Positions 14,578 to 29,600 of a DNA stretch of 64,000 nt are shown in pieces. Positions within the stretch are counted from its first letter, which is position 1, and each line of letters starts with the position of its first letter. A model generated the notes under the pieces. The model ran no database searches. It was not told where the DNA came from and worked only from the letters and a program-made list of their open reading frames with translations. Source of the DNA: Catajapyx aquilonaris (lineage: Eukaryota); assembly GCA_000934665.2 (NCBI GenBank), contig KZ538209.1, positions 1 through 64,000 of the forward strand, given 5' to 3'. The translations under genes and the position numbers were made by a program.

Positions 14578-15857
14578 GTCACAGGTCAGTGTCTGAAATA
14601 TGTATGAAACGAATAGTCAAAATTGTGACTTTTTCCACATTCGTGTTAGTTGTTCACTCCTGCAATCTTGAAAATCGTGAAAGCTTTCTCAAGCCGTTTC
14701 TGTATATTTTCTCTCTCACTTTCTTTTTTTTTTGTGGTGAGGAAGAGGCAGTCATCCAGAGGAGTCTGATCGATTGTAATTTTCTCTCGAGGAAAAGGAG
14801 GCAGCAGCTGGCTTGCCTTCATCACGTCTCAAGAACCGTGTGCGTTTGAGACCATTCTCCTGAGAATTAAGGATTCTACCATAAAAATAACTAGCAAATT
14901 ATTTTTTTTTGGAAAGTCCAGTTGCCATAGAAACATTCCTCCTTTCCCCATATCAGTCTGCGTATTTAGCTAGCATTATTGTCCTGAAGATCGGCTCCTG
15001 AGCAAAGTGGATGGAACCTACCGCTTTTCACATGAAGAGGAGACTACACAGGCAAGCGTGCATGAAGAGTACGACCCGTTCATAATGAAATAACACTGTG
15101 CTTTCAGCCATAAGAGGGTAGGCAGCAGGGGAGAGGGAGAGAGAAATTAGAGGAAAGAAGAGAGAGGGGGACATTATTTTTCTCTTTGAAGTCATCTTGC
15201 ACTCGAAAAACTAGCGTCAGGTGACTACACTTTAAATATGCACACATATAGTTAAGAACATTATTTTAGAGGTGCATGTGAGCTGAAAAGCGGAATAAAA
15301 ATGGAGGAAATTGGAAATGAGTATGCCTAGACTGGGGGGGGGGGGGAAGCGTACAGTAGCGTTGGAAACCAATAAAGGGTCCCCAAACACTTATGGGAAA
15401 GGGCCGTAAAAGTACGATAGAAAAAAAGAGAACGTAGAACGAAGTTTTTCTAGGGAATGGGGAAATGTGTTTGCTATGCGCTTTTGGAACAAAGTTTGCC
15501 CTCATTGGTCCGGGTTTGACTATGTTTGGCATTTCTAGACTGGGCCAATCCGCACCAGCTTTCATGGCTCATTGCCCACTTTATGGGCCTCTCTTTCCCT
15601 TTCGCGACTCTCATAAGGACATCCCCGTTACAAGTCATCTGTTTCGACGCGGCTTGTGGGGATTCTTTCCCTATTGGCGTCTTTTACGCGTGTCGAAAAC
15701 AGCTTTCTCTTTCTCCGTCCCTTTTCTATAGCACTCTTCACTATAAACGGAACAAAATTAATCATTAGGAGGCTATTCAAGCAAATTGTTTTTCTTGCAG
15801 TGAAAGTTACATGGCCGAATGGCTTAATCAGGTTTATCGTGAAGTATAGGCAACAAA

Positions 15858-16123
15858 CAGGCTTGGACATTAATTCCGTCATACTGGTAGCGACATTTTC
15901 CGTAGCGGCAGACGTGCAAATCGTGTGCGAGCCGTGCGAGTAAGAAATGGTAGCCTTTGGGTGACGTCACTGGCTGGGGGACAAGCCTTTTCTCAATTGC
16001 ATCCCCAGCCGGTGACGTCACTCAAGGCCTACCTCTTCTTACTCGCACGGCTCACTTCGATTTGCACGTCTGCCGCATCAGAAAATGTCGCAAGCAGTAT
16101 GACGCGATTAATGTCCAACACTG
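15858..16123. mobile_element. MITE family A copy (palindromic, Tc1/mariner-like)
   Basis: Ends (cag)gcttggacattaat...attaatgtccaacactg; homologous along its length to the copies at 18475 and 40635. Confidence 0.9.
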
Positions 16124-18474
16124 TGCAGTGTCGACGTCATATGCCCGAAGCTGTACACACGCACATTGAATACAGACCGTTCCAGTGTCATCGGTACAAA
16201 TAGAGCAGATCACGAACGTCGAATGCATCGCAATGCATGGTATGCAAACAAGCTTGTCGGATAAAAATCGTCGATTGCAATTGGGAAAAGAACCCAGCCA
16301 AGTGCCAGGTGCAGCTGGCAGCAACGTAAAGAGAGGTTGCAGGCACAATATAACTCCAAGTTATCTCCCTGCCATGGCCGGACAATATAGTTGTCGATAT
16401 CCCTAGCAACCGTTCAATCTCCACGATTGCAATCAGCTCCTGTTACCACGAGCTGAAAACATATAGACTCCAAAAAAAATCGACCCTCCGACCCAATCAT
16501 GAAAGGTCTGATTGCAATACATGTTAAGTCCGGATCTGCACAGTTTCACCCTTGTCTCTGGATATAACCAAGACAAGGTTCCTGTCATATTTCCAACAGT
16601 AGGGATCCCCCCCCCCCCTCCCTAGCTCCGTTTCCATGGTGCCCAGCGGTTCATATTGGCGATTATATGAGCCGGAAGAGAGTGTTGCTCACAGAAGCCT
16701 CTCATCCACACCATATAACCTCTACGACGCCTGGCGAAACAATACGTCACATTTACGTGGGAGGCTTTACACCGACTCCCTTTGTCCGTTTCCTATTTGC
16801 CCTAGGCTGTCATGTTCACAATAGTCGTACACGCACTACAATAGTGGACTGCAGCGGTTGTCACAGTTAGAAAGCCTGTAATCAATGTCAGCCTAGGCCT
16901 TTTGTAGGAGTATAATACATTTTGATGATTAGAAGACGGCACCTTGGAGACCAAGAAAATGTTTTTGTTATAGCGTGGAGGCAAATCCTCTCAGTTGGTA
17001 ATCATCTGACAATAACATGGTGGGAATCACTGGCCTCTTGCTCCATTTCGCTAGGCAATTAAAACTAGGGCTGGAAATATGTGTCATTGCCATGTGAAGC
17101 TAAGCGGAAATATTATGGATAAGGTCATTATTTTTGGTGTATTTTTAGATTGGGTCTATATGGATGGTAATGAGGAGGATCTGATCAATTTAATGATCGC
17201 TATTGCTCTCTACAGCACCTATGCCCGGACCTGTAACTGATACCTTACAGCAGAATAATAAGAGCAAAGAGGGAACTTAAATATAGCTCGCCATCATTAT
17301 AGTCGTTGATTTCTAAAGATAAAATGTGATGAGGCATTGATTTTTACAGCAAATTATATCACAGAGGTAGTCTCATAAACTGTACAGTAATTTAGCTCTT
17401 CTTTTATGGATCAAGTTGACAGTTTCTTTCGACACATTTCCAGTTACACTTAATTCGGGCCATTTCTCATAAAATGGCACTCAAGTGAAGATTATGACCC
17501 ACTGCGATGTAAACTACAGCCTAATGAATTCTGATTTTACAAAGCTAGTTATTGGCTTCCAGGTTTTATGCTACAGTATACAGTATACAATCAAAATACG
17601 GTTTTTTCTGTCCTGTCACTCGCTCTGTTGTAGAATCCACCAACTATACACGTTATAGTCTGTAAATATGTTGCTGACTACATGCTATGGGTGATTAGCA
17701 TATGCTTAAGTTTGTCGTTTTAAATAGGGCCTACTACCAAACGACACAGGTATATATTAGATTGTCAGGAATACGATTTTAAAATATTTTAATAGTTTCC
17801 AAATATTATGAAAAATAAACACAAAATATGGTAGCTTCTGAATACGTCAGGCTCTTACAGCTACAGGACATTATACAAAACTTTCGTCGTTACGTCTCAT
17901 GTGTGCGTGAAATATTATAACAATATAGAGTGAACAACCACTTGACACTATAATTAATATGACGGAAATCCACGTTCATAACAGCGCAGGAGGGCTCTTT
18001 TAAACATTTTCTCCAGAGAGTGAGAACAGGTGCTACAAAATCTCGCATGTAGGCGAGCATGTTTCAGGAATGGCTCCCACTAGCTGCCATAAGTATCTTT
18101 CCACTTGGTTACTTTCCGGCACTCGGCAGCTGTGTGACAGAAATTAGAATAGTTATAAACTACTATTTCTGGCTTTAAGGTAAATTTTAAAATTAAACTG
18201 AATCCCCAAAAATCCCAGGCCAGTCCTCTCACCTGCTCGTATCATGGATGCAGTCAGCTATCATGGAAATATTTTGCGAAATTTTATGGCGGAGTATTTA
18301 CGTGGGTTACAAAACTATACTCAACCTACACTCTAGCTGTCTAGCACATTTTCATGAAGTGGTTAGAGAAAAAGAATCCAGTGCACCTACCTGCCAGGAC
18401 TAGAAGTTTTTCGTGAATATTTACTCCTTTTATTAACAGCAAATTAAGGGAGGAGTGTATTTTATAAACATGTA

Positions 18475-18758
18475 CAGTGTTGGACATTAATCGAGTCTTA
18501 CTGCTAGCGGCATTTTTCTATGCGGCAGACGTGTAAATCGAAGTGATAGAGTGCGATCCGTGCGAATCAGAAGAGGTAGGCCTTGGGTGACGTCACCGGC
18601 TGGGGGGCAATGGAAAAAAAGGCTTGTCCCCAGCCGGTGACGTCACCAAAGGCCTACCATTTCTTTCTTGCACGGCTCGCAACGCTACACTTCAATTTGC
18701 ACGTTTGCCGCATCGGAAAATATCGCTAGCAGTATGATGCGATTAATGTCCAACACTG
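18475..18758. mobile_element. MITE family A copy (palindromic, TA TSD)
   Basis: TA|cagtgttggacattaatcg...cgattaatgtccaacactg|TA; imperfect inverted arms span almost the whole element. Confidence 0.95.
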
Positions 18759-21531
18759 TACCGGTATAAATAAAATTAAATTAACACTAATATAAATATT
18801 TGTGAGCCTATTAACCATGGTTTATAGCCATGTCGACCGACAAATTCGCTCTTATTTTCCAAATGCAAATTCATATGACACAAAATATAATTTACCATCA
18901 AAGTAAACAATATGCAAATTGGGCTAAATTGCTTCCAATCAGTCCAGTAATTTATATGCGCTCTGGCATTATTACTGAAGGATATAAAGTAAAGGTTTTT
19001 AAAGTTCAACTACGTACATTTGTCCTAACACGCCTGTTAATATTTTCTAACTACTATACAGGCTGTGACTGTGATTGAAATACCTCTCTTAAAATAATCT
19101 CACGCTGCTTGAACAGGACTCTCATTATAGTGTAATTTTAAATATGCAGGTTAGGCCTACATCACATGATATGGTAATAAAACCACTAAAATTTTAGCTA
19201 ACCAACTTGACTGTAAGGAACCTTGAGAGGAGAGTTCGGCCATGTTAAGTCGGCGGTGTTCACAAAAAAAAAAAAAAAAAAAATCTGGGACAGGACATGG
19301 ATTCAGGTCAAGCCAGATTTTGTGTCTAGTTGCTTTGACTTGGAATCACGTGCACACTATATACCCTGACTTTACTGCTTTTCCTTATCTCATCAGGCTA
19401 GCCTCCCGTCTGGAGAAGCAAAGGTACCGTATATCTTATATCAGAAATGCATAACAAGTGGAATGTAACAAGAATAACAAACAAGTAGTGTTATCTGAAT
19501 GACAAAAATTCAAACACCGACGGCATCCATACGCGTATTAAACAAATTGTAATTCATTTTAATACTTGATTATGCATCTTCTTTTGACTAAGAAAATGAT
19601 GGAAGTATTCTATTGGACTATTCGTCCATCAAATAATCAAATCAAATAATTTATTGATGATAGCACAATGATCGCTAATTATTACCACAAAGTCGGTAAG
19701 AGGTCATGTGTATCAATCCGCAGAAGCCTAGGGTCAAAGCCCATAAGAACTGCTACAAGGTCATTCACATGACTCGGCCCAACCGAAGCGGGATAATAAT
19801 TGTCTTTTGATTGAGCTTAAAATGTGGTTTCTTGTCTCAAATGCGTGATTTACAGTAATAACATTACGAAATAATCTACCTCAGGTCTATCTGCCAGGAT
19901 CCCCACTTTCACATTCGGTATGTCAACACAATAATTATTTTATCCTCACATTTTCTCTAAAAAGCTGATTTCCCCTCGTATGTGCGATGCACAAATGACA
20001 GTTTGAGTATAATTAGTAATTACGATTCCACATCTTAATTCATTGACTTTATTTAATTATGCACGGAAGAATAGATGGATGTTTCCTCATCTCTCCTCAG
20101 TTGCCCTGCCTCAGCAAGTTACCGATAGCGTCACTGCTACTTGTGAGTGCTAATTAGCTTATTTTATTAGGTTCATTCAGGCCCTGAATTGAAATAAATA
20201 TCTGTAGTTGAGACATCGCCAGCGACCCATTTTGACCCAGAGGTACCGTACCTGTGGCCAATGTTGGAACATCATCCACTTCACACCAACCTCTTTTTTC
20301 AGGCTAGATCCTCCCACTTTGTATGTTCCATCTGATTAGCAGTGATTTTGAAGCCACAAAGTAACTTTTGAATTGTAACTGCTTCATTAGTGAGCAACTT
20401 AGTGCTGAAAAATTAATAATTAACTATACGGCATATTAAGGGTAACACACAGTGTTTTCCTTTTTTCCAATATTTTATCAAGTTTTCTCTATTAGCTCAT
20501 TAGTTGGGCATCTAATGAGACAAAAACTGAGTTTCACTTTTCTTATAACATTATTAGGACTAACTTACATTCAAATTATCGTGAGTCACTACAAAATCAA
20601 CCATGTCAATAATAGTCTTTGGTATATTACAGTCTCTATACACTAGTCGACTAGTGAATAAAACTGATGATGTGATATCATCCTACTGGCTGGAACTAAA
20701 TTTCAAAAAAGAGGAAAAAAAAAGACTGAAAATCCATGTACAAATGTTTATTTAAAGTAGGACGCACGAAAAGGACCAGAATTTTATTCTGACGAGTTAA
20801 GAAGCGAGTGCAGCTGGTTTAATTGGAAAAGTTTTCCAGAAGGAATTCTCATAAAAGTTCTAGTGATAAAAAAGGGTGTCTCATTTCTAGCGATACAGCA
20901 CTGGCCTCCGTGTCAAATGAAAGTGAGAGAGAGAGGAAAAAAAAGTGTTGTGATGGATGGTCCTCTTTACTATTTCCCAGCATCCCCCGAAAGTTCCACT
21001 CTCACGTTTCCATCTCTCAGAGAGATCCGCCTAATTTCGATCTCATCAGTCTGACTAATTCCCACATCTTATTTCTTGCCTAACCAGATTCGGCCCTATA
21101 CGTGTCACGTTCGTGGGTGGGGATAAATCCTGGAAATCATCTCATCTGCCACCTCACACCAATTAATATTCATGAACGAGCAGGTGGAGCAGAGGGTGAT
21201 TAGTGTATTGTCTTCCTTATTCAAATTGTGAAAGACGCAATCCAGAAATGCGATTACGATTTTTTTTGTTTGTTTTATTTGGAGAAAATAATGCATCAAC
21301 ATAAAGCTCTAAGCCAAATAGCTATATATTCACAGAACCGAATTATTTATAATTATTATCACTATAAGCCAAAAGGTACACTCAGCCATCAGCACCATTG
21401 CATCCCATTATTGTGCACACATAAAGCAAATTATACGGTGCCTCACTTACCGAGGTGTGAAACAAAATGCTATGTGCGATAATGTGCAAGCTTAATCGCT
21501 CTGCAGTCGACCTCAGTAATGATATTGACCC

Positions 21532-21532
<1 letters not shown>

Positions 21533-21596
<64 letters not shown>
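21533..21596. repeat. (ATA)n microsatellite
   Basis: Pure trinucleotide run. Confidence 0.98.
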
Positions 21597-24500
21597 GTGT
21601 CCTAATTAATGCAAAATTTTGCTTCAGTCGGAAAATGTCAATGGACATTACAGTAGTTGCATAATAAAATGAACGGATCGGAACCGTCAGGGATTTGTAT
21701 CCTCCAACGAGGTGGTGTTTACGAGTGATATGTTCTGTAGACAATATTGACACATTGGTCAAGTTTCGGATGGCTATTCCACAGGATCGTTTTATTTCAC
21801 GCCCCTTCCTGCACCACTCTACAGCGCATTGGATGATTTCTGTAGAGGGGGTGGGGGGGGGGGGGTAAAGTACACAACAAGGGCACCAAGTAGTGATCAT
21901 CAGACTTCCCGCGAGCATAATTAAATGGTCACTTCACCCCAGAGCGACAAATACTTGACAAGCATTGTGTATGTTGTGCAAGTATAGGAAAATGTACTGA
22001 GCTGATCTGATAGGTTGGTGTCACTGTCACACTTTGGCTGGGAAATATGATTTCTCATATTTTCTCCTTCATCACAATGCATGTTATTAACAATATCGTA
22101 TCAAATACCGTATCAGATTGTACCAAAATCTCTTGTCTTTCTATAGGTTACATAATTATAATGAACATTTCAATTTGAAAAATAACTATTTCTTGTCCAA
22201 TAATATGAACACCCTGCTCTTGCATTTCTGAAGATACTGCAACCTTACATATCGGCCATCCCATTAGAGGCCCATCAGTTCACCGCGCATTGCTAGACAA
22301 GATAGGAATAGTGTCATAAACCTCCCACAGGTGCATAATCACCATGATGTCGCCATTTTTATGCCAAATTGCTCCCCATATTTATGCGCATGATAATCGC
22401 AGGCCGCTCGAGCCGATTTGACTCCACCATGGAGCTCTGTCAACCAGTCCCCAATTAGGGCCCATTTCTGATGTGGACCAACACATTAGTACATTTACTG
22501 CACGCTCACAACGGCAGGAAAGCAAGCAGAAAAAGTCACAACAAGCACCCTCCTGTGTTAGTGGTAGTTGGGGGGGGGGGGGGGGGGGGGGGGTNGGGGG
22601 GGGGATGGGGAAGGCAGGGGCCCAAACACAAGAGAGTGTGGTCCCTGACTCCTGCTGGGTCACGTCGCGACCAGAATGGCTCCTAATGGCCTAGTGGCAT
22701 AGTCGGAGTCCGCCGTCGCCCAAAAGCTGGACAATAAAGCCAGATCCCACTGACCAATTGGAGCAATAAAGAGTATCCTAACAAGTTGGGATCCGGGAAA
22801 AGAGAGAGCCATTCGGTTACGCCGCTAAGTCGCTGCGATCGCTTAACGACGCAAAACTTGCTCCTAATTCTATTTGCGCGCTTTTCCTTCTATGTATAGG
22901 TAGGATACTAAAGGGAAGTGTTTCGCATGGGTTACTAGGGGAGTACCATGGGTCGCTGGATTTGGTGTTTTAGTTGATGAAAAAATTCGATTGATTTACA
23001 TGAACTTTTTTATGAAAGTAAGGGGTTATGCTTGTTTTCAAGAGAAGTCAAATTTTTGATCGATTTTACATTAACATTATACTGGTGCATAAGATTATGT
23101 AATTGAAAGGAAGTTCAGCAAATAGCGCTCTTATAAGAGCATGTTTCCACATGAGTGTAAACAAAATTGGGGGGACGCCCCCGTCCTATCTTCTCCTCCG
23201 CCAATCATCTCTGCCTTAAAGGCTTTTCAACCGTAATGATTACCTCACTGAAGACTTTCGATGATCTGCTTATCCATCTTTGGAAGGATGTAATTAGTGC
23301 AGCTCTTCCAATACCTACCGCCATTACCAGATGCTTATGAATTTCCTCATCATAGAAAATCACTCATAATTTTGGATTTAATGAATAATCTTTGCTGATG
23401 CACTACTTGCTAATAGGTAGGCCCTACTATAGAGTATCCAGATTCGCAGTGTGTTATTAGCAATTGACGCACTTGGTAAGCTTACATTATACAGGCAGGT
23501 TCACTAATATACCCAAATGGAATCCCCCTTCCATATTCCCCCACCCTATGAAAAAAAGAGAGACATCTTGATGAATATCTTAGTTTTCCCCACAGAAATC
23601 AGAGCAGCTTTCAAAATCAAACGCCAGGGCAATTCCCATGCGGCTTATGAACGCATCTACCTTTCCTCGTCGTGTTTCTCAGGGCACAGAGGCGTGTTTA
23701 TCGGCGCCTCCGATTTGCATGGAGTACTCAGCATCAGAAGCAGCTACATAAATTGCATGGGCCATAAATATGTAGCTACACCACGTATACGTAGTGAGGG
23801 ATGGAGGGGAGGGAGGGGGAAGAGGGAGGTGGGGGGTAAAAAAAATCCCACCCCCTTTTCCGGGAGACTGCTGCAAATTCCCCTCGGTTTGCTTTCTCCG
23901 CATCTCTCTCAACCATTTATTTGAGAAGAAGCACTGGATCCATGCCAGGCATCCATTTTCCTCTGAAAAGGGGGAAATCCCTGCCACGTGGAGGAGGAGG
24001 GGCACGACCACTACTCTCGCAGCCCATAACATACGCACACCAACCAAGCACACATTTGGGATGTTACATGGAAACTTTTTTGGAGGGGACGTTATGGTGG
24101 TGCCAGAAGTGAATCTAAAGGAACGCTACGGGGAGGTGGAAGAATGTCATGATGTTAAACAGTGATATAATTTAATAAAAAACTAATGTAAAAAGGCATA
24201 TAAACACTGCTTTATGGCTAAATGTCAGTTGTTGCTACAGATCCAAAGGATTATGTTAAAAATACACAATATAATCACTATTAATAAATTGCATTAAATT
24301 TGAAAGTAACATATCTCTAGGCCTACTACACGCATTCTTGGTGTAAAGAGAAAGGCAATTAATGTCGCCGTTCCAATTTTTGAACATGTGCCAAAAAACT
24401 TTCGCAAAACTCGGAAAACAAATTTTCCGATAGAAGGTTAATACTTTTGCATGTCACCACCCGTAACAAATATTACATCATTTTTATGCTATATTATAAT

Positions 24501-24597
24501 CGATAAGAGGTCCTTGCTCTCGAAGTAGTGTAATATATCACTGAGTCGCTATTTCTCACAAACAGCTCAATACTATCTTAGAAAGTAAAGAACATGT

Positions 24598-24848
24598 CAG
24601 GATGTTCCAGATTCGTGGGTCACTTTTGGATAACTGCTATTGACCGATAGCAGTTCCTTTTGTAGCTTGTTGTGCCCCTAGCCATGTGCCCCATTCTATA
24701 ACTGCTGCAACATTCCACCCACTGGGGGTCGAATATAGCAGGTGCTATAGAATGGAGCACATGGTTAGGGGCACAATAAGCTACAAAAATAACTGCTGTT
24801 GGGCGATAACAGTTATCCAAAAGAGACCCACGAATCTGGAACACCTTG
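24598..24848. mobile_element. MITE family B copy (CAGGGTGTTCC termini)
   Basis: caggatgttccagattcgtgggtc...gacccacgaatctggaacaccttg|TA; long inverted arms; homologous to the copy at 58294. Confidence 0.92.
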
Positions 24849-24997
24849 TATGTGGATTTCAAAAACAAACGTATATAAACAAGCCGTCACGACATTTCAC
24901 TATTACAGTGGGTAGTCGTCGGGGTAGTCAGCTATTCAGGAGACCAAAGTCAAATTAACACACATAACTAGATGACATTCAACAAAATAATTATAAA

Positions 24998-25114
24998 TTA
25001 TCAAAAACAAATTTACATGTATCAAATATAATTATATCAAAAACAAATTTTTATATATCAAATATTATATCAAAAACAAATTTTTATATATCAAATATAT
25101 ATCAAAAACAAATT
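24998..25114. repeat. AT-rich minisatellite, ~33-bp unit, ~3.5 copies
   Basis: Recurrent atcaaaaacaaattt...atcaaatat. Confidence 0.9.
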
Positions 25115-25137
25115 TCCCAAATTCCACAGGTGCATTT

Positions 25138-25248
25138 TTGCAGTAAACAGTACAGGTACTGTTTACTGCAATTTCATACAAAATTTTGGACTAAAAAATT
25201 AACGTGTACGTCTACACTTTAATTTTTAGTACAAAATTTCGTATGAAA
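25138..25248. repeat. Two abutting hairpins
   Basis: Perfect 16-bp arms (ttgcagtaaacagtac/gtactgtttactgcaa, 25138-25171), then imperfect ~36-bp arms (25172-25248). Confidence 0.85.
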
Positions 25249-25513
25249 AATAATGAGGAACGTGGTACAACGACAGCCTTGTGAATTGCTTCACTAACAT
25301 TTTGAAATAATGCTTCAGGCCTATATATGACACAGCTTTGATGAGATTTAAACTATATGTTTGCCTCGGAATTACACACGACTCCTAAGCAGCTTATAAC
25401 TGTCCAGTGCCCTGTTGCAAGCACTTTTTCAACCATCCTCTTTCTCCCCTCCCTTGACAGCCCTCAACAGCAAGTATTTACAATTAATGCAACGTAATTT
25501 AGTTTGCACACTA

Positions 25514-25563
25514 ATTTCAGACCATTTCCATCACTTATTTCAGACCATTTCCATCACTTATTT
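25514..25563. repeat. 23-bp tandem duplication
   Basis: atttcagaccatttccatcactt x2. Confidence 0.92.
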
Positions 25564-26414
25564 TTTCATCAACTTTATAACTATCCGCATTGTTTCTTCT
25601 GCCGTCAGAATATATATAAGCTATACATCACTCTCAAAATTTTAAAAAAACCCATCTGATTAACAGCTTGATTTAAATGCTGAAAATGTTATGAAATGCT
25701 CTGAAAGTGGTGTGAAAACGCGTCCGAGAATTTACCCATTTGGTCGTTCAGATGAGACATAGTCCACAATAGACATCCCTCTAGCAATTACTTTGAATGG
25801 AAATGCGAGCAAAGGCAAGCGAAAACACAGAACGAGCTCAAATTGGAGTGGAGGAAGCAACCCCCAGCAGAGAGGAAAATGGAGTAGCCACGATAGAAAG
25901 AGAGAGTCCAAAAAAAAAAGTGGAACATTATGGTGGTTCGCGATGGGCAACCCCACTGAGAAAGAAGTGGGGACAAGAGGAGCAGGCAATCCGGACCTCC
26001 TCTTGGGACGCCTCCGGTAGGAATTGTTGGCCAAACAGCGTCCGACTAATTACAACCTAAGCGTCCTCTACCCCCTCCATGCCCCTGGTCACACTCAGAC
26101 AACAACAAAACCTCCCCTTCCACCTCCAATCATTTCCCCTGAAAATCTGGGCAGCGCACACTACCTTTTCATGTTACATGTTTTTCTCAACACGCCCGTT
26201 GGGAGGGTGTGCGGTGACGCTACACCAGACCCGGACTATTCAGGGCTCCAACGCAGCTTAGACCATATTGGTACACTTGGCTGCTTTACAGAAGAGATGA
26301 GGATTAAAGCTGGTCTACTGGTGTTGAGGAACGTGGACGAATTGGTGCATGTGGTTCATGTTCCGTTTCCTAAAAGAGGAGATATTTTGACATTATAGAT
26401 GCATATAACTAATA

Positions 26415-26625
26415 CAGGGTGCTCAAAGTTCGTGCGGACTTTTAGTTACAGGAAATTTCGCATCAAGCTGTTTTTTTTTTGTTGCTTGTTGTGCCTCTAT
26501 CCAGCAGGTGCCATATTCCTGCTAGTAAGCTATACTGAGGCACATGGATCGGGGCACACAAAATCAACTATACTTTGAGGGATATTAGTGATGAATAAAA
26601 CGACCCATGAACTTGGAACACCCTG
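26415..26625 (-). mobile_element. MITE family B-related copy
   Basis: cagggtgctcaaagttcgtg...catgaacttggaacaccctg; reverse-oriented homolog of 60210-60721; flanked by the direct repeat tataactaata. Confidence 0.9.
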
Positions 26626-29600
26626 TATAACTAATATATAAGTAACAAAATTAATATGCCCAAGAAATGCATTTTATTGAAAATGTTAGGCTACAAATCA
26701 TTGTATAGTAGAGTTCAGCTCATATAGTGATCGAGTTTTCTGATATTAAAATTATTTTCATTATTTATTAATGTCGTGACTCAAGAAAGCTCAATTTCTC
26801 CCCCATCATCCTTTAGTTTTCTAACAAACCTGCTGACTGTACAAGCCCATCAGCCACATTATTTTACACAAAAAAATGACTTGATCTGATGAAATAGGCC
26901 TACAGAACTTTATCCCATAGATTTAGTAATTCGCTTGACACAGACATATCAAACTTTTTCAGAACTTCAAACAAAAAAGCGCTTAGAGGCATATTTTCCA
27001 AATTACTACATGGTAAGCAAGTCTGAGTGGGAGGGTGGGTTGGTGAGATAGAAAAAAATGGCAGAAATCACAAGGTCCTCCATTAATTCCTTGGCTTCTC
27101 CAAAGTGCCTGACTCGGCAGACATTCCACCGTCGACAGCTATGCACATTTTGCTCCATTTCTTTTCCGGGATCCCGGTCCCTGGATGCGGGTGAGGGTCG
27201 GAGTGGGTGGATGGGGGGGAAGGGGGGAGGGAAAGGGGGGGGAGGGGGGAGTGTAATCTATATAAGCGCTTAGCTGGGTGCCATTAATTTCTCCCCGGGA
27301 AAAAAGGACTGTCTCGCTTTGGGCCCTACGTTTTCTCATCTCGCATTCTTAGCCATCTGGGGAAGAATTATAGGTCTTTTTACAAAGGATAACCGTTGCC
27401 ACTGCTTTTTAACAGCGGCCAGGACTTGGAGCTCAGATAAGCTCAATCTCCCATGCTGGAACTAATGCTAACTCTGCAGCCTCACCCCTTTTGTTGGCTC
27501 AATTCCCAGACTCGCATTTTTGCTCTTACCTTCAGGCGTAGGCTACTTGTTACATAGGTGGAATTGAGAGGATTGTTTGTTGGGTGAAATGAAAATGCAA
27601 TATACTTTTTGGGCACGTATAGCTCAGGCCAGTACCTCAATGTCTACGCCATCAAAAGTACATGGTTTTAACAAAATTATATGGACTGAATATTGATGGT
27701 ATAACCATTTTTCAGGTAGTAGTAACAACGCTGTAATGCGAGAGAATGTCACTTCACTTTTCCTTGTACCCTTTGTGTCACTCCTGAACCAAAAAATTGG
27801 TGTAGCCCGAATAAATCAACTGCAAATTTATTTTCAGGCTCATCTACCTCGGCAAGTTCCGGGTAGAGCTATTCAAACCGTAAAGGATACGAACTAGGTA
27901 CTACTATAGTATACTCTGATCCATCCTATCGGTTCTACTTTTAAAATTGCAGATTGATTTGGCAGATCAAATAAAACACATTCTTCCCATTAAATTATAG
28001 GCTTATTATTACAAATTAGTTTTGTTGGTAAGAGCAATCCAGCTCTTGTCCCAAGGAATATTACCCAGCCGTTCTTTCAAGCATGATGATGTAGATCTCG
28101 CTAAGCTTAGGATTGATCGAGTTTGGGGAAAGTTACGGTAGATGGCAATGAAAGTCCGGCGGCAACTCAACGACAAACGCACAATTTGTGTTATGCTATA
28201 AACTTACACTTTATTGGCGGCTACCATTACTGGTGTTATGTACAGTCGCCCCAAATAATAGTGGAATCAGGGGGTGATTTACTTGGTTCTAAATAAGTTT
28301 TCAAGTCACACATTTCCAAGCATTTTCTATAAGTTATTGTTATTTCTATCGCATTCTTAGCACGTCCTGATAATACAGACATGAAACAAGTAGCACATGT
28401 GCAAGGAGATAATTAAAGATATCATATGCTCCCCATCTACTATCTAAACATTAAAAAAAATTGCCAATAATAAACCACCGTTGTAAGATTCGAAAATACA
28501 ATCTAATGATTTCTTGGACCAATTAGCAATTTTGTTTACCATGTAGTGAATTTGTAAAATACATATTGAGATTATCAGTCCCATTTTTGATAACACTGCA
28601 AGGTGTAGTTTTACACTAACAACAATATCCCACATATTCGATCTGGAGCTAAGACTTTCTTCACATGCTTTTTTTTGCTGTTCACACAGCGATTTCAAAA
28701 TTATATCACGTCCCCTGCATATGAACTATGGTGTGCTGTTGTAATGTAGATCGTATAACTAGGGCCTCGTAGTGCTGTTAAATCAGGACATCGCATCGGA
28801 GAGTCTCAAGTGGGTCGTGAAACATTTATCCTGACTCAGGAGGGCTACCAAAGCATCTTTCTTGTACATCTGGAAGCCTAGCAAGCAGGCGCTGACGTCC
28901 TAAGAATCTTCGTCATTCCTTTCAACCTGGGTTGGGGCAAGTGAATATTCATAGCAACATGTTGCACTAATTGCTTGTGAATCCAGCGGGATAGTGTATT
29001 GTACAGGAACATATATAAGAAATGTGAGAAATGTTATAACCCATTAGTAATATGGGTCGGCACGTGCATAGGAATTTTTAGTACGAATTTGCCATCTTGT
29101 TAAAATATTGAAAAAGGACATACGAAATGAGGAGAAAATAGCTAAATTTGCATGCGAATATTTGCACATAATCGTAGCATTTGCCTAATTTGTGCCAATA
29201 CAACAATGTTTCCCTACCATATGTTAATTTAATATATCCACAGAAAATAAAACAATCGATCTTGCCCCGACATGCGTTTACTATAATTATACTACCCAGG
29301 GATTCCGAACATTACAAACTGTGGTATTCATCAAAACGTAGCACGTACCTTGCAACTACATTGTATAGGGCCAATTTACTGTGTTTTCCCACGTGATCTA
29401 CTTTATCAGTGGACATACCAAATGAATGCCATGTGGGGAGGGCTATAAAACGTGCCACACATACGTGTTTCATTTTCCACAAACAATATAGATATTGATA
29501 TAGATATGTCCAATCAAACCGAAATATATTCCAAGGTACTTAATGTTGTAAAATAATAATTCATTTGCGTTTACACTATGCAAAAGTACAAAATGTCCCA

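Noticed and set aside
15925..16203. ORF ending HTHIEYRPFQC (zinc-finger-linker-like) and its apparent paralog at 40571
   Set aside because: Mostly MITE A sequence; no complete C2H2 pattern.
17457..18076. GRGCCATT ends as a Sola-like element
   Set aside because: The TIR match is short and no TSD is present.
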